A stretch of DNA of 64,000 nucleotides from contig OZ024742.1 of the NCBI GenBank assembly GCA_964016885.1, positions 293,942,001 through 294,006,000 on the forward strand, in the 5' to 3' direction. The number at the start of each line of letters is the position of its first letter. Positions within the stretch are counted from its first letter, which is position 1. Positions 12,250 through 24,517 of the stretch are shown in pieces. A program made the position numbers and the translations under genes. The stretch is from Eledone cirrhosa (Eukaryota). Below the pieces are notes generated by a model, which worked only from the letters and a program-made list of their open reading frames with translations, ran no database searches and had not been told where the DNA came from.

Positions 12250-12636
12250 TATAGATATAGAAATAACTTGAATGTGGAAAATGAAAACTGAAACAATACC
12301 TATAATAATAGGTGCTCTGAGACAGATTAAAAAAACACTCTGGGATATGCCAATACACATATACAGAGAGATAGAAATAACTTGAATGGGAAAAGGAAAA
12401 CAGAAACAATACCTGTAATAATAGGTGCTCTAGGAACGATAAGAAAACACACAGACAAATACATAACCAAAACCACAGGACTTACAAATATATACAGCAT
12501 ACAAAAGATAGCACTACTAGACACTGCACACATTACGAAAAGTACTATAATTACAATAGAAACAACATCAGCAAAAATTACACTGCTCATACCCAAGGTG
12601 CACAGAGCTGTGCTTGGTAAAGCAGTAATGATGCGC
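12250..12636 (+). mobile_element. R4/Dong-like LINE 3' end (two tandem partial copies) ending in (TAA)n
   Basis: ETIPVIIGALGTI...IQKIALLDTAHI matches the REL-domain C-terminus; an upstream duplicate encodes KTETIPIIIGAL; followed by (aat)n. Confidence 0.75.
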
Positions 12637-12670
<34 letters not shown>

Positions 12671-12673
<3 letters not shown>

Positions 12674-15600
12674 TTTTCTTTATTAACCACAAGGGTTTAC
12701 ATAAAGTAGACATTAAGGACAGTACAGGACAATACAGGACGGTACAAATGGGCATTTCTGCGTGTAAAAAAACAGAGGTTGAAATAAAATAACAAAGAAA
12801 AATTCCCCAATAGGGGGGAGACTTCCGAGGGACATTTGTGGAGAAAGCCCATTAAAAGACCACAGTGGCCCTGACCACCAGGGCAAGTGCCCTCTCCCAG
12901 TTTTCCACCTTTAATTTACAGACACATACTCAGAGAAGGCCCATTCATTCGGGCCATACTTGCTTCTCTCACCCATCTTTCAACAAAATGCTGGGAAGAG
13001 AGCACTTCCCTCTCTACCCTGATTTTCCTTTTCAAATGAAATTTGAAAAAGTTAATCAGGGCATCACCGAAGAGGTAAGTGCTCGTCTTCAGCCCTTTCA
13101 AACGTGTCCACCATACTATCTCTTTCGCCATGGCCACCAGACAGATAAAAACTGCCTGCCCTTCCCGGCTAAAGGAAGGGGGCGGGGCAATCCTCACGAT
13201 GGACTCAGCTGATAGCTGGATCCGTCCTACACGTGACAGCAGGTGTTCGACATAAACCCACAAGTCAGCAATGCTCGGACACTGGACGAGTGCGTGCAGG
13301 ACGGTTTCGTCGCCCTGCGCGCATCTCGGACATGCCCGGCTGACGGCACCTCCATGCCTGTAGAGTTTATCCCGAACTGGCAAAGCTCCTCGGTAGCACT
13401 GCCAGGCCAGGGATTTCTGGAAGTTGTCCATAGGCCCCGGCCCGAAAGTCCTTCCGAAGAGATTGGCTAGTTGATTTTCGTCGGCGCCTAGAGTTTCTCC
13501 AAGTACGTCGTCGCTCTTCCCCTCCACTAATCCCCTATAGAACGCCAAGGTGGAGTTTCCACCGATCACATTGCCCGATTGGTCGAGGGCTGTGAGCGCC
13601 TGAAGACATTCCAGTCTCCAAGCGCTCCCTCTCGGTCTTCGCTTGACCCAGGACTGCAGCTCCGTCAAGGAGACGAGCTGGGGAAAAACGTGTCTAGCAA
13701 ACGGCGACCACACCTGATCACCGTCGAGGAAGAGGTGGAGATGTCGTAGCCTGAGCGCGTGTCTGCGCATCATCAGCCACGGCATGCCCAGCCCTCCACG
13801 TAGCGGGTGTTGACAGCAGATGGACCGCCTGACCATCGCTCCAGCGCAGTCAGGCGGGGCTTAGGACAAGGTACGACGGTCAGGCGGTAGTAGATGACGG
13901 ATGCGATGTACGCATTCGCCACCTCCGCTCGACCTTTCAGGGATAGCTTCCTCTCGGCCCATTTCTGGGTGAGAGAAGCCACCCTGCTCGTCACCTCGTC
14001 CCAGTTTTTGTCCGTCTGGAGGTCTGGACCGAACCAGACCCCTAGCAATTTAACCGGTCCGTCCGTCCAGCGCCCGACGACGCTGTTGGACGGCATGGAC
14101 CTGCCTCTCCAGGTGCCGAGCTGCAGGCCCACTGACTTTTCCTGGTTGATCATTGCTCCTGTCACCGCTTCGTATTCTCTTAGTGTAGTGCCGATCGCCT
14201 CGATGTGTTTGGCGTTCGACACCACTACGGTGACATCGTCGGCATATGCTGACACGGATCTTCCGCATCCTAGTTCGCGCGGGACCCCCCTCAACGTCTC
14301 CAGTTTGTGGAGTAATGGCTCGAGAGTCAATACGTACAATAGGGACGAGAGGGGACATCCTTGGCGGACCGAGCGCATGATGTTGAACGGTTCCGAAAGG
14401 TGACCGTTCACTCTCACTTCAGAGCAGATATCGCTGTGCATGGCAGCGATCCAGCCTCTGAAGACGGGCCCAAAGTCAGCCGCCCTCAGGACTGCCGCTA
14501 GGTAACGATGGTCGACCCTATCGAAGGCTTTCGATTGATCTAAATTGATCAAAGACCCACCCTTGCCAGGTTCCCTAGCTACCCTCTCTACGATGTATCG
14601 CATGAGGTGGAGGTTGTCGTGGATGGATCTGTCGGGAATGGCGCATGCCTGTGCCTCTCCCACCAGACCACCAACGACAAGCGCCAACCTCTTTGCTAGC
14701 ACCTTGGCCAAAATCTTGAACTCTGTGTTTAGCAGAGTTATGGGCCTAAAATTATCTATGTTATCCCCCTTGTTCGGATCCTTTCTCAGCAGCGCCACCG
14801 CTCCTCGGCTCACAGAGCTGGGAATTCTCCCGTTCTGTTGCCAGTTGCAGTAGACGTCCGCCAAGAGGCCTCCGAACAAGTTTGGCATTTGTACGTAAAG
14901 TTCATAGGGCAGACCATCCAAACCAGGCGATTTACTCCTTGTGCAACTAGTCATTGCATCCCGTACTTCAGCGGTTGTTATCGGCTTTTCGCAACACTCC
15001 GCCTCAGTGGCCGAAAGCCGCGGCAGTCCGTCGAGGTAGACACTAAAGTCCATCCCTCGATCCGGCCCGCCACTGCCCCCCGAACAGTTGAGCGAAGTGT
15101 CGCTGAAAAGCTTCACACATTTGCCCGGGATCGAGTAGCATGCGCCCGTCGTGGTCCACCAAAGACCGGATCGTGGCTTTGGTGCCACGACGCGCCTCCG
15201 CCACTCGGGCCCATTGAACGGCTTTCGTCCCCTCGTGTCTGAGAGCACGCACCCTAGCTCTGACAACGCAGCCTTCGTGCTTTGCATTGAAGAATTGGTC
15301 AAGGGCCAATTTCGCTGCAAGTACGTCGGTCGCGATGCCTTTGCTAAGCACCTCGTCTAATTTTCTAACTAGTTCTCCCTCTGCTCTATTTTTCTCTATT
15401 GCTAAAGTCTTACTAAACCTAATGGACTCTATTCTAATTGCTCTTTTCAGAGCAAACCACCACTTGTTGTTGACGATGGCCCCCGTCAACGCCCGCTTAA
15501 CTAGTTCGCTAATCCGGTCTCTGTAGGCCTTGCGCGATGGTAAGGACGCGTTTAGCTTCCAGTAGCCGGGTCCTCGCCTATGAAGCCTATCTAAGTCAAG

Positions 15601-18508
15601 CACACAGATCACGAATTTGTGGTCCGTGTAGCTGACTATCTTGAATTGTGGACAGCCTATGCTAGACCTATCTATTTCCCTACAAAATACTCTATCTAGA
15701 TATGATCTGGATGACCCTATGCGATTTGTCCAAGTCCACATTGGTACATTCGGGAAATCCATTCGGTACCTGTCAGACAGTTCAAAACGTCTGAGCAGGT
15801 TGGTGAGACTCTTGCACCCTCCTTCCCTATCCACTAATCCCACACAATCCCAGCGTGCATCTAAGATCCCGTTCCAGTCGCCCACTAACACTAAAGAGCG
15901 GGACGTTCCAAGAAAGGTCTCCAGACGCCGGAAGAAATCAGGCCGCCCTGCTCCTGTCGGGGCATAGACGGCCACTAACCTGAAAGCTTGCCCGTCTCCG
16001 CTGGTCACGTCCAGCACCACCAACTTACCTTCTGGGTCCAGGAAGATGGCCCGTATGGCAAGATCCAAACCTCTCCGAAAAAGCACAGCAACTCCTCCCC
16101 CCGATCCCGGACGGCTGGGAGATGCGTACACATCGTAGCCGCCGAAGATCGGTGCGAAAGCCTGTGCTTGGAGATTCTGGTCTCGCTGATGGCCACTACA
16201 TCTATGTTTAGTGACCTGAGGTCGTTGAGCAGGTGGCCCTGCTTCCATGACGACCCCAAGCCACGCGCATTTATGCTGCCTATTCTGAGTGAGGTCATGT
16301 TGAAAAGGAGTGGAAAAGATGGGAAAGACCACTTACCTTACTTCTCGTAGGGGAAGGACGGTTTTTCCATCCTTTTCACTGCTTGTGGCCTCCTCAGGAA
16401 GGATGTCCTTATAAATCCTCCTGGAGAGTGCTTGTCGGAAGTCTCCGATGTCTTTGGGGAATTTTTGTTTTAGTGTCATGTACGTTTTCTGTGTGATGCG
16501 AGTGATTTGTATGTGTGGCGGTGGTGTGAATTTTGGGGTTGTTGTGTAGTCTTTTTCTGTGATGCTGGTGTTGTGTTGGATGTAGTGTAATAATTGCTTG
16601 TTGTTCAAATTTAATGCTGTGTAGTGTGTATCGTTTTGGTTGTTTTGTTTTGTTTGCGTTTGTTGTGGGTTTGTTTCTGTTTCGCATTTTGGTGACTTTT
16701 GTGGTGTAGGTGATGGTGTGTTGGAGTTAATGATGGTGATGGTGTTGGTGTTTGGGTTGATGGGGTTGGTGATGCTGGTGTGGATGGTGGCATATCTGTC
16801 CTAACTTTTTTGTTTCTTAGTTTATTTGTTTCCCTCTGTATTTTGTTTTTGGAGGGGGAAGGAAGAGAATTTTTTTTCTTTTTTGGTTTCTTTTTTTTTC
16901 CGGATATCGTTTCCCACTCCTCGTCGTCACAATCTGTCTCCAGTTGTGATAGGCCGGGGAGTGGTAAATCCTGCACAGCCGTTAGTTTTGGTTGTGGTGT
17001 GGTGGATGGTGTAGGCGCTGGTGCTAGTTCTGAAGCGTTGGGTGGTGGTGGTGTTGGTTTTGCTACTGTTGCTGGGGTTGTTGCTGTTATAGTTGCTTCT
17101 GTTGTTGCTGCTACAGTTGTTGCTGCCATCTCTGCTACTGGTGGTGTTGATGGTTGTGTCACTGGGGTGGGTAGGAGAGGTGGCCTCAACCTTTTAGCCT
17201 GAGGGCAGAAAACCCTTAGGTGGGTTCCTTCACCACAAACGACACACCTAGGTCTTCTGCCCTCGACAATTACCGTGAGGTGGCTGCCGTCAGTGAGGTC
17301 TATTACCTCTGGGATCTCCTCAATGCTTTTTTGGTCCGCTTGGATCAGGAGCTCCATCCCAGATCCGGACCAGTTTTCCTGCTTTTCTTTTGCTATTGCT
17401 ATTATTTTCGTGTTGGCTTCGATGCCGGCGAGGACAACCGCTATTAGCCAGGGAATTTCGATGGCCGGTGGAACGTGGGTCACCCTGATCTTTACGAGTC
17501 TCTGGCCACAATAGCTTGGGACGAGTGTGAAGTCGTCACTTTTTAATGGGGCCATGGAGTGTTCTCTAGCCTCCTCTGGTGTTTCAAAGAACACATCCAC
17601 GGTTCCATACTTTTGCCCACGTCTGATGTGGGTTTTTCTTGCCCACACATGTCCCAAAGCTTTTTGGATTTGGGACTCGGATGCCCGTTCCACTCGGCGC
17701 GATTTTACATTTATTGTTCTATACGACACGGTGCATAGGCGCCGATGCTCCATTTTATTAGGTGGGGGGGAGGCTGACCCTGTACCCATCTTTCTTTACC
17801 ATTTGTTTGGCATTTTATAAATCCTCTTGAGTTACCGTGAATGCTTCGAATTGTTTTGCTACTATGGCGAAACTGAGGGTCGGTTTTATAATGTCATTGT
17901 TGTTGTTGTTGCTATCGTTATTTGTGTTAATATTAATTTTAGTTTCAGTTGTGGTGGTGGTGACGTCAGTCGTCTTTGGTGCGGAAGAGTCCATTTTGCT
18001 TGATTTCATTTCGATATCACGAGTTAATTTATTTTTTTCTTCTTTTGTTTCTGTTGTCGCGGTGGTGGTGGGGGTGGTGGTTGTCGCGGTGGTGGTGGTG
18101 GTGGTGGAGGCTTTAACACCTGCAGTCATTGGTAATGGCGGGAAATGAATGTCTGCTTGAGACAAATTTAAAATATTGCTACTGCTTATATTTTTTTTTG
18201 TGTTGGCAAACGTAGTAACATTTACAATGGTGGTGTCGGTGTGAGGTGTTATTTTGTGAGGAAGGCTTTCAGCTGCTTCGTGCAGAGGGGAATTAGCCAT
18301 TTTTTTTCAAAGAAATTTTTGGATAATAATAAAAGTTAAAATTTTGGGCACAAGGCCCCAATCTTTTTGGGTGTCCTTTTCGGAAAACAATGTATGTGTG
18401 CTTATAAACAGTTAACAATAAAATTTTCCATAAATGGCAATTTTTAACAAACGGAAATAACAAACCTTTGCGGAGCTCACGATGATACGATTTACTACGT
18501 AGGTCGCC
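12671..18508 (-). mobile_element. Near full-length Tx1-clade (L1-like) LINE, frameshifted
   Basis: ORF1 pieces 18300-16333 with CCHC knuckle CVVCGEGTHLRVFC. ORF2 pieces 16298-12916: APE (SINARGL, AISETR, LVGDWN, YLDR, TDH), RT (KSPGLDG, RPITLLN, DQSKAFDRV, VRQGCPLS, AYADD) and C-terminal CPRC..ETVLH..C. AATAAA near the 3' end; (TAA)n on both sides. Confidence 0.93.
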
Positions 18509-18540
<32 letters not shown>

Positions 18541-18542
<2 letters not shown>

Positions 18543-19317
18543 CTTTCTTTATTAACCACAAGTATTTACACAAAGTGGACATTAAGGACAGTACAGGACA
18601 ATACAGGACGGTACAAATGGGCATTTCTGCATGTAAAAAAACAAAAAACAGAGGATGTAATAAAAGAACAATGAAAAATTCCCCATCGTGGAGAAAGCCC
18701 ATTAAAAAAAAGCCACGGTGACCCTGACCACCAGGGCAAGTGTCCTCTCCCAGTTTTCCACCTTCAATTTACGGGCATATACTCAGAGTAGGTCCACTCA
18801 CTCGGGCCATTCTTGCCTCTCTCACCCATCTTTCAACAAAAAGCTGGGAAGAGAGCACTTCCCTCTCTACCCTGATTTTCCTTATCAAATGAAATTAGAA
18901 AAAGTTAATCAGGGCATCACAGAAGAGGTAAGTGCTCGTCTTCAGCCCTTTCAAACGTGTCCACCATACTATCTCTTTCGCCATGGCCACCAGACAGATA
19001 AAAACTGCCTGCCCTTCCCGGCTAAAGGAAGAGGGCGGGGCAATCCTCACGATGGTCTCGGCTGATAGTCGGATCCGTTGTCCATGCAGGTGTTCGACAT
19101 AAACCCACAAGTCAGCAATGCTCGGACACTGGACGAGTGCATGCAGGATGGTTTCGTCGCCCTGCGTGCATCTCGGACATGCCCGGCTGACGGCACCTCC
19201 ATACCTGTAGAGTTTATCCTGAACTGGCAAAGCTCCTCGGTAGCACTGCCAGGCCAGGGATTTCTGGAAGTTGTCCATGGGCCCCGGCCCGAAAGTTCTT
19301 CCGAAGAGATTGGCTAG
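18541..19317 (-). mobile_element. 5'-truncated second Tx1 copy
   Basis: High identity to 12671-13470 (ORF 18895-19278 matches the ORF2 C-terminus); bounded by (TAA)n. Confidence 0.93.
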
Positions 19318-19335
19318 TAATAATAATAATAATAA

Positions 19336-20246
19336 ATGATATATGTATGCAATTTGGTATTAATAAGTGTGGAATCCTAGTGATGAAGAGGGGTAAATTG
19401 ATCAGAAGCAACGGAATCCAGGTACCAACATGTGAGATGATAAAGGAAATTGACACTGAAGAGGGATAGAAATATTTAGGTGTTCTGGAGACAGATGACA
19501 TCAAGAACAAAAAAAATGAAGGAATTGATAAGATCTGAATACATAAGGAGAGTAAGAAACATACTAAAATCACATCTAAATAGTAGGAATGTCATAAGTG
19601 CAGTAAATTCCCGAGCTGTGTCTATTATTAGGTACAGTGCGGGAATTCTGAAACGGAATGTTGCTGAACAAAAAGAAATGGATAGGAAGACTAGGAAGCT
19701 ATTGACTATCTACAACATGTTCCACAAGAGGAGTGATGTCGATAGACTCTACTTAAGGAGATCTGAAGGTGGAAGAGGTCTTATCAGCATAGAGGACTGT
19801 GTTCAGATGGAGAAAAACAACCTGCACAAATACATGACTGACAGAAGGGAGCTAATGCTCAGAATTGTACTGAAGGAGAAGACAATAGACTAGGGGATGT
19901 CCAAGGAGGAAATAACAAGGAGGAAGAGCAACCTTCATGAAAAATCCCTTTATAGTACGTTCTTTGAGAAAACTGAATTTAGAGATCCACAGACATGGAA
20001 CTGGTTAAAAAGAGGAGACCTTAAAAGGGCTACAGAAGGAATGCTAATGGATGCACAAGAGCAGGCCCTCAGAACAAAGTGGGTGAAACACCATATTTAC
20101 AAGGAGGAGGCTAGCCCACTGTGTAGGATCTGTGGAGAGAGGAGACTGTGGCTCACATTGTATCCGAGTGTAAACACCTAGCCCAGACTCACTATAAAGG
20201 CTGGAGACATGATGTGATGGGCAGGGTGATCCACTGGCACCTATGC

Positions 20247-20247
<1 letters not shown>
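19336..20247 (+). mobile_element. R4/Dong-like LINE internal fragment
   Basis: KYLGVLE, SEYIRRVRNILKSHLNSRN, MDRKTRKLL, DRLYLRRSEGGRGL, AQEQALRT, CRICG..ETVAHIVSEC, RHDVMGRVIHWHLC; (TAA)n on both sides. Confidence 0.88.
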
Positions 20248-20317
<70 letters not shown>

Positions 20318-20419
20318 GGATTTATTTATTAATTTATTTAATAGTAATAATAATAATTATTATTATTATTATTATACTCACTGAGAATTCAACTGAGAAT
20401 GTAAAAAGATGGACTAAAC

Positions 20420-20596
20420 CAGAGGTTCTCAAACTTTTGGGCCCTCCGACCCCCCCCCCCCCCCCGCCACGTAACACCCTCAGCACCCACCAACCCTATT
20501 TCCAGAGAGACCTGCATACAGCGCCCCCTAGAACTTCTCACTCCTACCCCCACCCACCCCACTCGGAGGAGAGAGCGCCCACTTTGAGAACCTCTG
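20420..20596. mobile_element. hAT (Charlie/Buster-type) MITE
   Basis: TIR cagaggttctcaaa / tttgagaacctctg; perfect 8-bp TSD gactaaac (20412-20419, 20597-20604). Confidence 0.9.
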
Positions 20597-20999
20597 GACT
20601 AAACATTGCAAGACATTTTGTCTGAGCTTCTACCAAGCTATACTCCTTACAATAAACAGAATAATGTGAAGTATTTTATAGTTCTACCATGTTCCAAAAG
20701 CTGTGTTCTTCAATCAATAATGTGGTTCTGAAAGTTGTTCTTCATAAATATATTAAACAATATCCATTATAGCCAACATTCCCTCCCTGTTTAATAACCA
20801 GCCTTATAACTAATCAATAACACTGATTGCACTGGTTACACACACATATATATATATATACACACACACGCACACATACCTACACACACATATATATTTA
20901 TATATATGTGTGTGTGTGCATGTGTGTGTGTGTGCATGCATGTGTGTGTGTGTGTGTGTGTGTGTGCATATGTGTGTGTGCATATGTGTGTGTATACAT

Positions 21000-21535
21000 G
21001 TATCATCATCACCATTGAACGTCCATTTTCCATGCTAGCATGGGTTAGATGAGTTGTCCAAATATGAGCCAAGCCAGAACAGATGACCGTCTCCATATAT
21101 GTATCATCATCATCATCATCATCATTTTACGTCCGCTTTTCCCTGCTTGCAAGGGTGGGATGGTAACTGATTCTGGCTTGATTTCTACAGCTGGATGCCC
21201 TTCCTAATACCAACCTCATTTAAAGTGAGTGCTTTTTTTCCGTGAGTGCATTTACAGTGAGTGCTTTTTTCCTGGGTGCTTTTTTTCCGTGGTGCCTACA
21301 CGTCCACTTTACAGTGAGTGCTGGGGGCTTTTTTGCCGTGGCACCTCCACGACCACTTTGCAGTGGAATGATATGGACCCCAGTCTTATCATCTCATTTC
21401 TACAGCTGAGTAAACTGGAGCAATGTGAAATAAAGTGTCTTGCTCAAGGAAATAATACATCACCCGGTCTGAGAATTAAACTCACAACCTTTCGATTGCA
21501 AGGCCAATGCTCTAACCACGAAGCCATGTACCTCC
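21000..21535 (-). mobile_element. Cluster of SINE fragments (RTE-tailed and tRNA-headed)
   Basis: (cat)n tails, ctacagctggatgcccttcctaa motif, and a degenerate tRNA head with ttgagcaagacactt on the minus strand. Confidence 0.65.
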
Positions 21536-21805
21536 ATATATATTTTTTTTTTCTATGTGGTCTACCCTTCATGGTAGGGTCCGTACTGTAGATAGAACTC
21601 AATGTCTGATCGAACCTATATATATGATGTCTGATAGTATACAGTTATATAACTGCTATAGATCAATCGATATGTCAATATGATCAACCCTCCAAAACGA
21701 TCATAAAACAATGATATGAATATGTTAAATAACTTGACTTTGTTATTATTTTCATTGTTAAATTAATATCTTATATATATGTGTATGTGTGTATTTATAT
21801 GTATC

Positions 21806-21926
21806 ATTCTGAGTTCAAATCCCGCCGAGGTTAACCTTACCTTTCATCCTTACGGGGTCGATAAAATAAAGTACCAGTAATGCACTGGGTAATTGCTGGC
21901 ATTGTGCCAAAAAGTATAAACAATTA
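21806..21926 (+). mobile_element. 5'-truncated Meta-core SINE
   Basis: gagttcaaatcccgccgagg..cctttcatccttacggggtcgataaaataaagtaccag..aaacaatta. Confidence 0.85.
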
Positions 21927-23033
21927 TCTATAAAAGGCAGATTGTTGTTGTGTGTGTGTGTGTGCACGTTCCATGTTTATACATTGGCACAATTTCAAAC
22001 CGATTCGACTCAAAGTCTGTAAGAATGTTGTAAATGGTCTAACTTAGGTCAACGACTATTTATTTCATTCAAACTCACCAACAATTACGGAAATAATCGA
22101 TCAAACTAAATACATGACACTTTATCCCTCTAATACAATCTGATTTACTCTCTCTACTCACCTTAAAATTCGATAAAACTACATACATGCTGCAACTTTC
22201 TCTTATATACGATTAAACTTACAAACTTTAAGAGAGATAGAGAGAGTGAGAGGGAGAGAGAGAGGGGGAACGTTTGTTTTTGAGTGTGGAACGGTCAAAC
22301 ATTTATTTACTTCAATGACAAAGAGAACTTATTACATTTCATACGAAACAACAATTATTCAAAAGCAACAGATAAATTTATTCAACAACAAAAAAAAATA
22401 GCGATAAATCTTTTTTAAAACATCTATCAACGAACGTGGAAGACAGAAGTATCAGTTCATTTACTATACACAATAATATCCTCTATGAGGTCACTAAACC
22501 TGCTAGAAACAGCAGCTAACTCTCCCCCATATCACACCCCTCCCTACTGTCTTAAATTTAGAAAACATATCCTATATGAGGTCACTAAACCTGCTAGAAA
22601 CAGCAGCTAACTCTCCCTTATATCACACCACTCCCTACTGTCTTAAATTTAGAAAACATATCCTCTATGAGGTCACTAAACCTGCTAGAAACAGCAGCTA
22701 ACTCTCCCCATATCACACCCCTCCCTACTGTCTTAAATTTAGAAAACACACATTAGACAACCATGCAGAACAACTCCATTGCAGCTCTGTTGTTCGGCTG
22801 GCATCGTCTACGCGCGTGTTGCGCAAGTACTGTGAAACAATAAATTTCAACACTTCTTTGCACATAGGCGAAATTACAATTGTCATTGCTGGTGCAGCTC
22901 CTGCTTCGGCAGTCCAGGTCTGCAATTCATTCACCCAGTGCCTGGCAGACAAAAAAGTGCTGCCATAAAATGGGTGGTGCAACCTAACTTTAGTAACTTA
23001 CTGACCCCGAGCAACGCTGGGCTTTAATGCTAG
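21927..23033 (+). mobile_element. Non-autonomous Helitron
   Basis: a|TCTATAAAA start; 3' hairpin cccgagcaacgctggg followed by CTAG|t. Confidence 0.8.
22476..22748 (+). repeat. 3 x ~90-bp tandem repeat inside the Helitron
   Basis: atatcct.tatgaggtcactaaacctgctagaaacagcagctaactctccc...ctactgtcttaaatttagaaaac, three copies. Confidence 0.92.
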
Positions 23034-23131
23034 TATATAATATAAGTAACATAAATATGACAACATCGCAGTTAGAGGATCAACATTTATTATGCAATTG
23101 ACATGTGTTTCGTTATAAATATATATATACA

Positions 23132-23876
23132 CTAGCTGAATGACCCAGCGTTGCCTAGTAAACAATAAATATGGAGATTTCTTTTTTTTTCATAATTATT
23201 TGAAAATATCTACATTTTATAAAGAAAATATCAAAATTGTAATGATAATAGAATTTAGAAATGAAAATCTGTCAATCTTGAAGCACCACAGGATAAACAA
23301 TATTCATTGTGTATTTTTTTGTTGGTGTCCAAATGAATAAATTGTTGCTGCTTTCAACTTGTGAGCAACCAACATAAAGCTGATAATGGGAGAAACATGT
23401 AGTAGAGAGATCAAGTCCAACTACCTTGAGGGGTTGACCCTGAGATTTGTTAATTGAAACAACAAAACTTAGTTTGACTGGTAACTGAAGCCTCATAAAT
23501 TCAACCTCAAATACATATACTTGTCAGTCATGAAATATGTATATGTATGTGTAGATGTGTGTGCTGAAGATGTATGTAACTTACTAAGGCATAACATGTG
23601 TAACGAATACACAAACACACAAACATTCAAAGACACATAACACTCATAACAAAATGTGACGTCGTCATCATCATGTTATAAAATGTTGTTTACTTATAGT
23701 CTATAGTAGAATATTTTAGATAAAATGTTATATTGTTTTAATCCAAGTGAAAATATAAATTACCTGTTGTTAATCCTGGGGTCTAAAATTTGATTTGATT
23801 TGATTTGGTTAAGCCATTTGAGAATGCATTAGGAAACAGACAGACAGAGAGACAAAGAATTTTATATAGAGAGAGA
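23132..23876 (-). mobile_element. Deleted Helitron retaining the PIF1 C-terminus
   Basis: ORF 23272-23496 (QLPVKLSFVVSINKSQGQ..FSHYQLYVGCS..NIVY). Minus-strand end gcaacgctgggtcattcagCTAG; TCTCTCTATATAAAA start. Confidence 0.8.
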
Positions 23877-23892
23877 TGTATAAATAAATAAA

Positions 23893-23954
<62 letters not shown>

Positions 23955-23958
<4 letters not shown>

Positions 23959-24125
23959 AACGAGTAGGACCCCGACGGCTGAGCTGGACGTCCAGAATTA
24001 GCCGTCGAAATGGCTTGAGCTCAGCCGTCGGGGTCCTACTCGTTCCTATTACCCACTCTACTACCCTAAGTATTGAGTACTTTGGTGCGTTATGGTCCAC
24101 CTGGTTCCTTACCACATTTCCTTCG

Positions 24126-24128
<3 letters not shown>
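23955..24128. repeat. Hairpin element within (TA)n
   Basis: ~31-bp perfect inverted repeat taggaacgagtaggaccccgacggctgagct; related sequence at 46081-46260. Confidence 0.8.
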
Positions 24129-24179
<51 letters not shown>

Positions 24180-24372
24180 GTAATCTGAGTTTTTAGAATA
24201 TTAATAATAACATTCGATTCGCTTGCAATTATGCAAACAAGCCTCAATTTTGTAGCCATGTCAGTAGAATGAAACACTTCATTCTTGCTCTTGTGTTGGC
24301 ATGTGAACAGAACTGCAAACACTAATGTTTCTGGGTATCACCCTTCATCAGTACAGCTCACTCTTTACATGC

Positions 24373-24434
<62 letters not shown>

Positions 24435-24517
24435 TGTGTGTAACGTTTTTCGAAATATTTACTTGTGCGTTCACAGATTGATTTTTTAGTTTTAGAAGAT
24501 CCCATTTATATATATAA

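Noticed and set aside
13894-17820. Plus-strand ORFs overlapping the Tx1 element
   Set aside because: Antisense shadow frames of GC-rich or low-complexity coding sequence.
17815-18300. A separate ORF0 upstream of Tx1 ORF1
   Set aside because: More simply explained as the ORF1 N-terminus cut off by one stop and a homopolymer frameshift.
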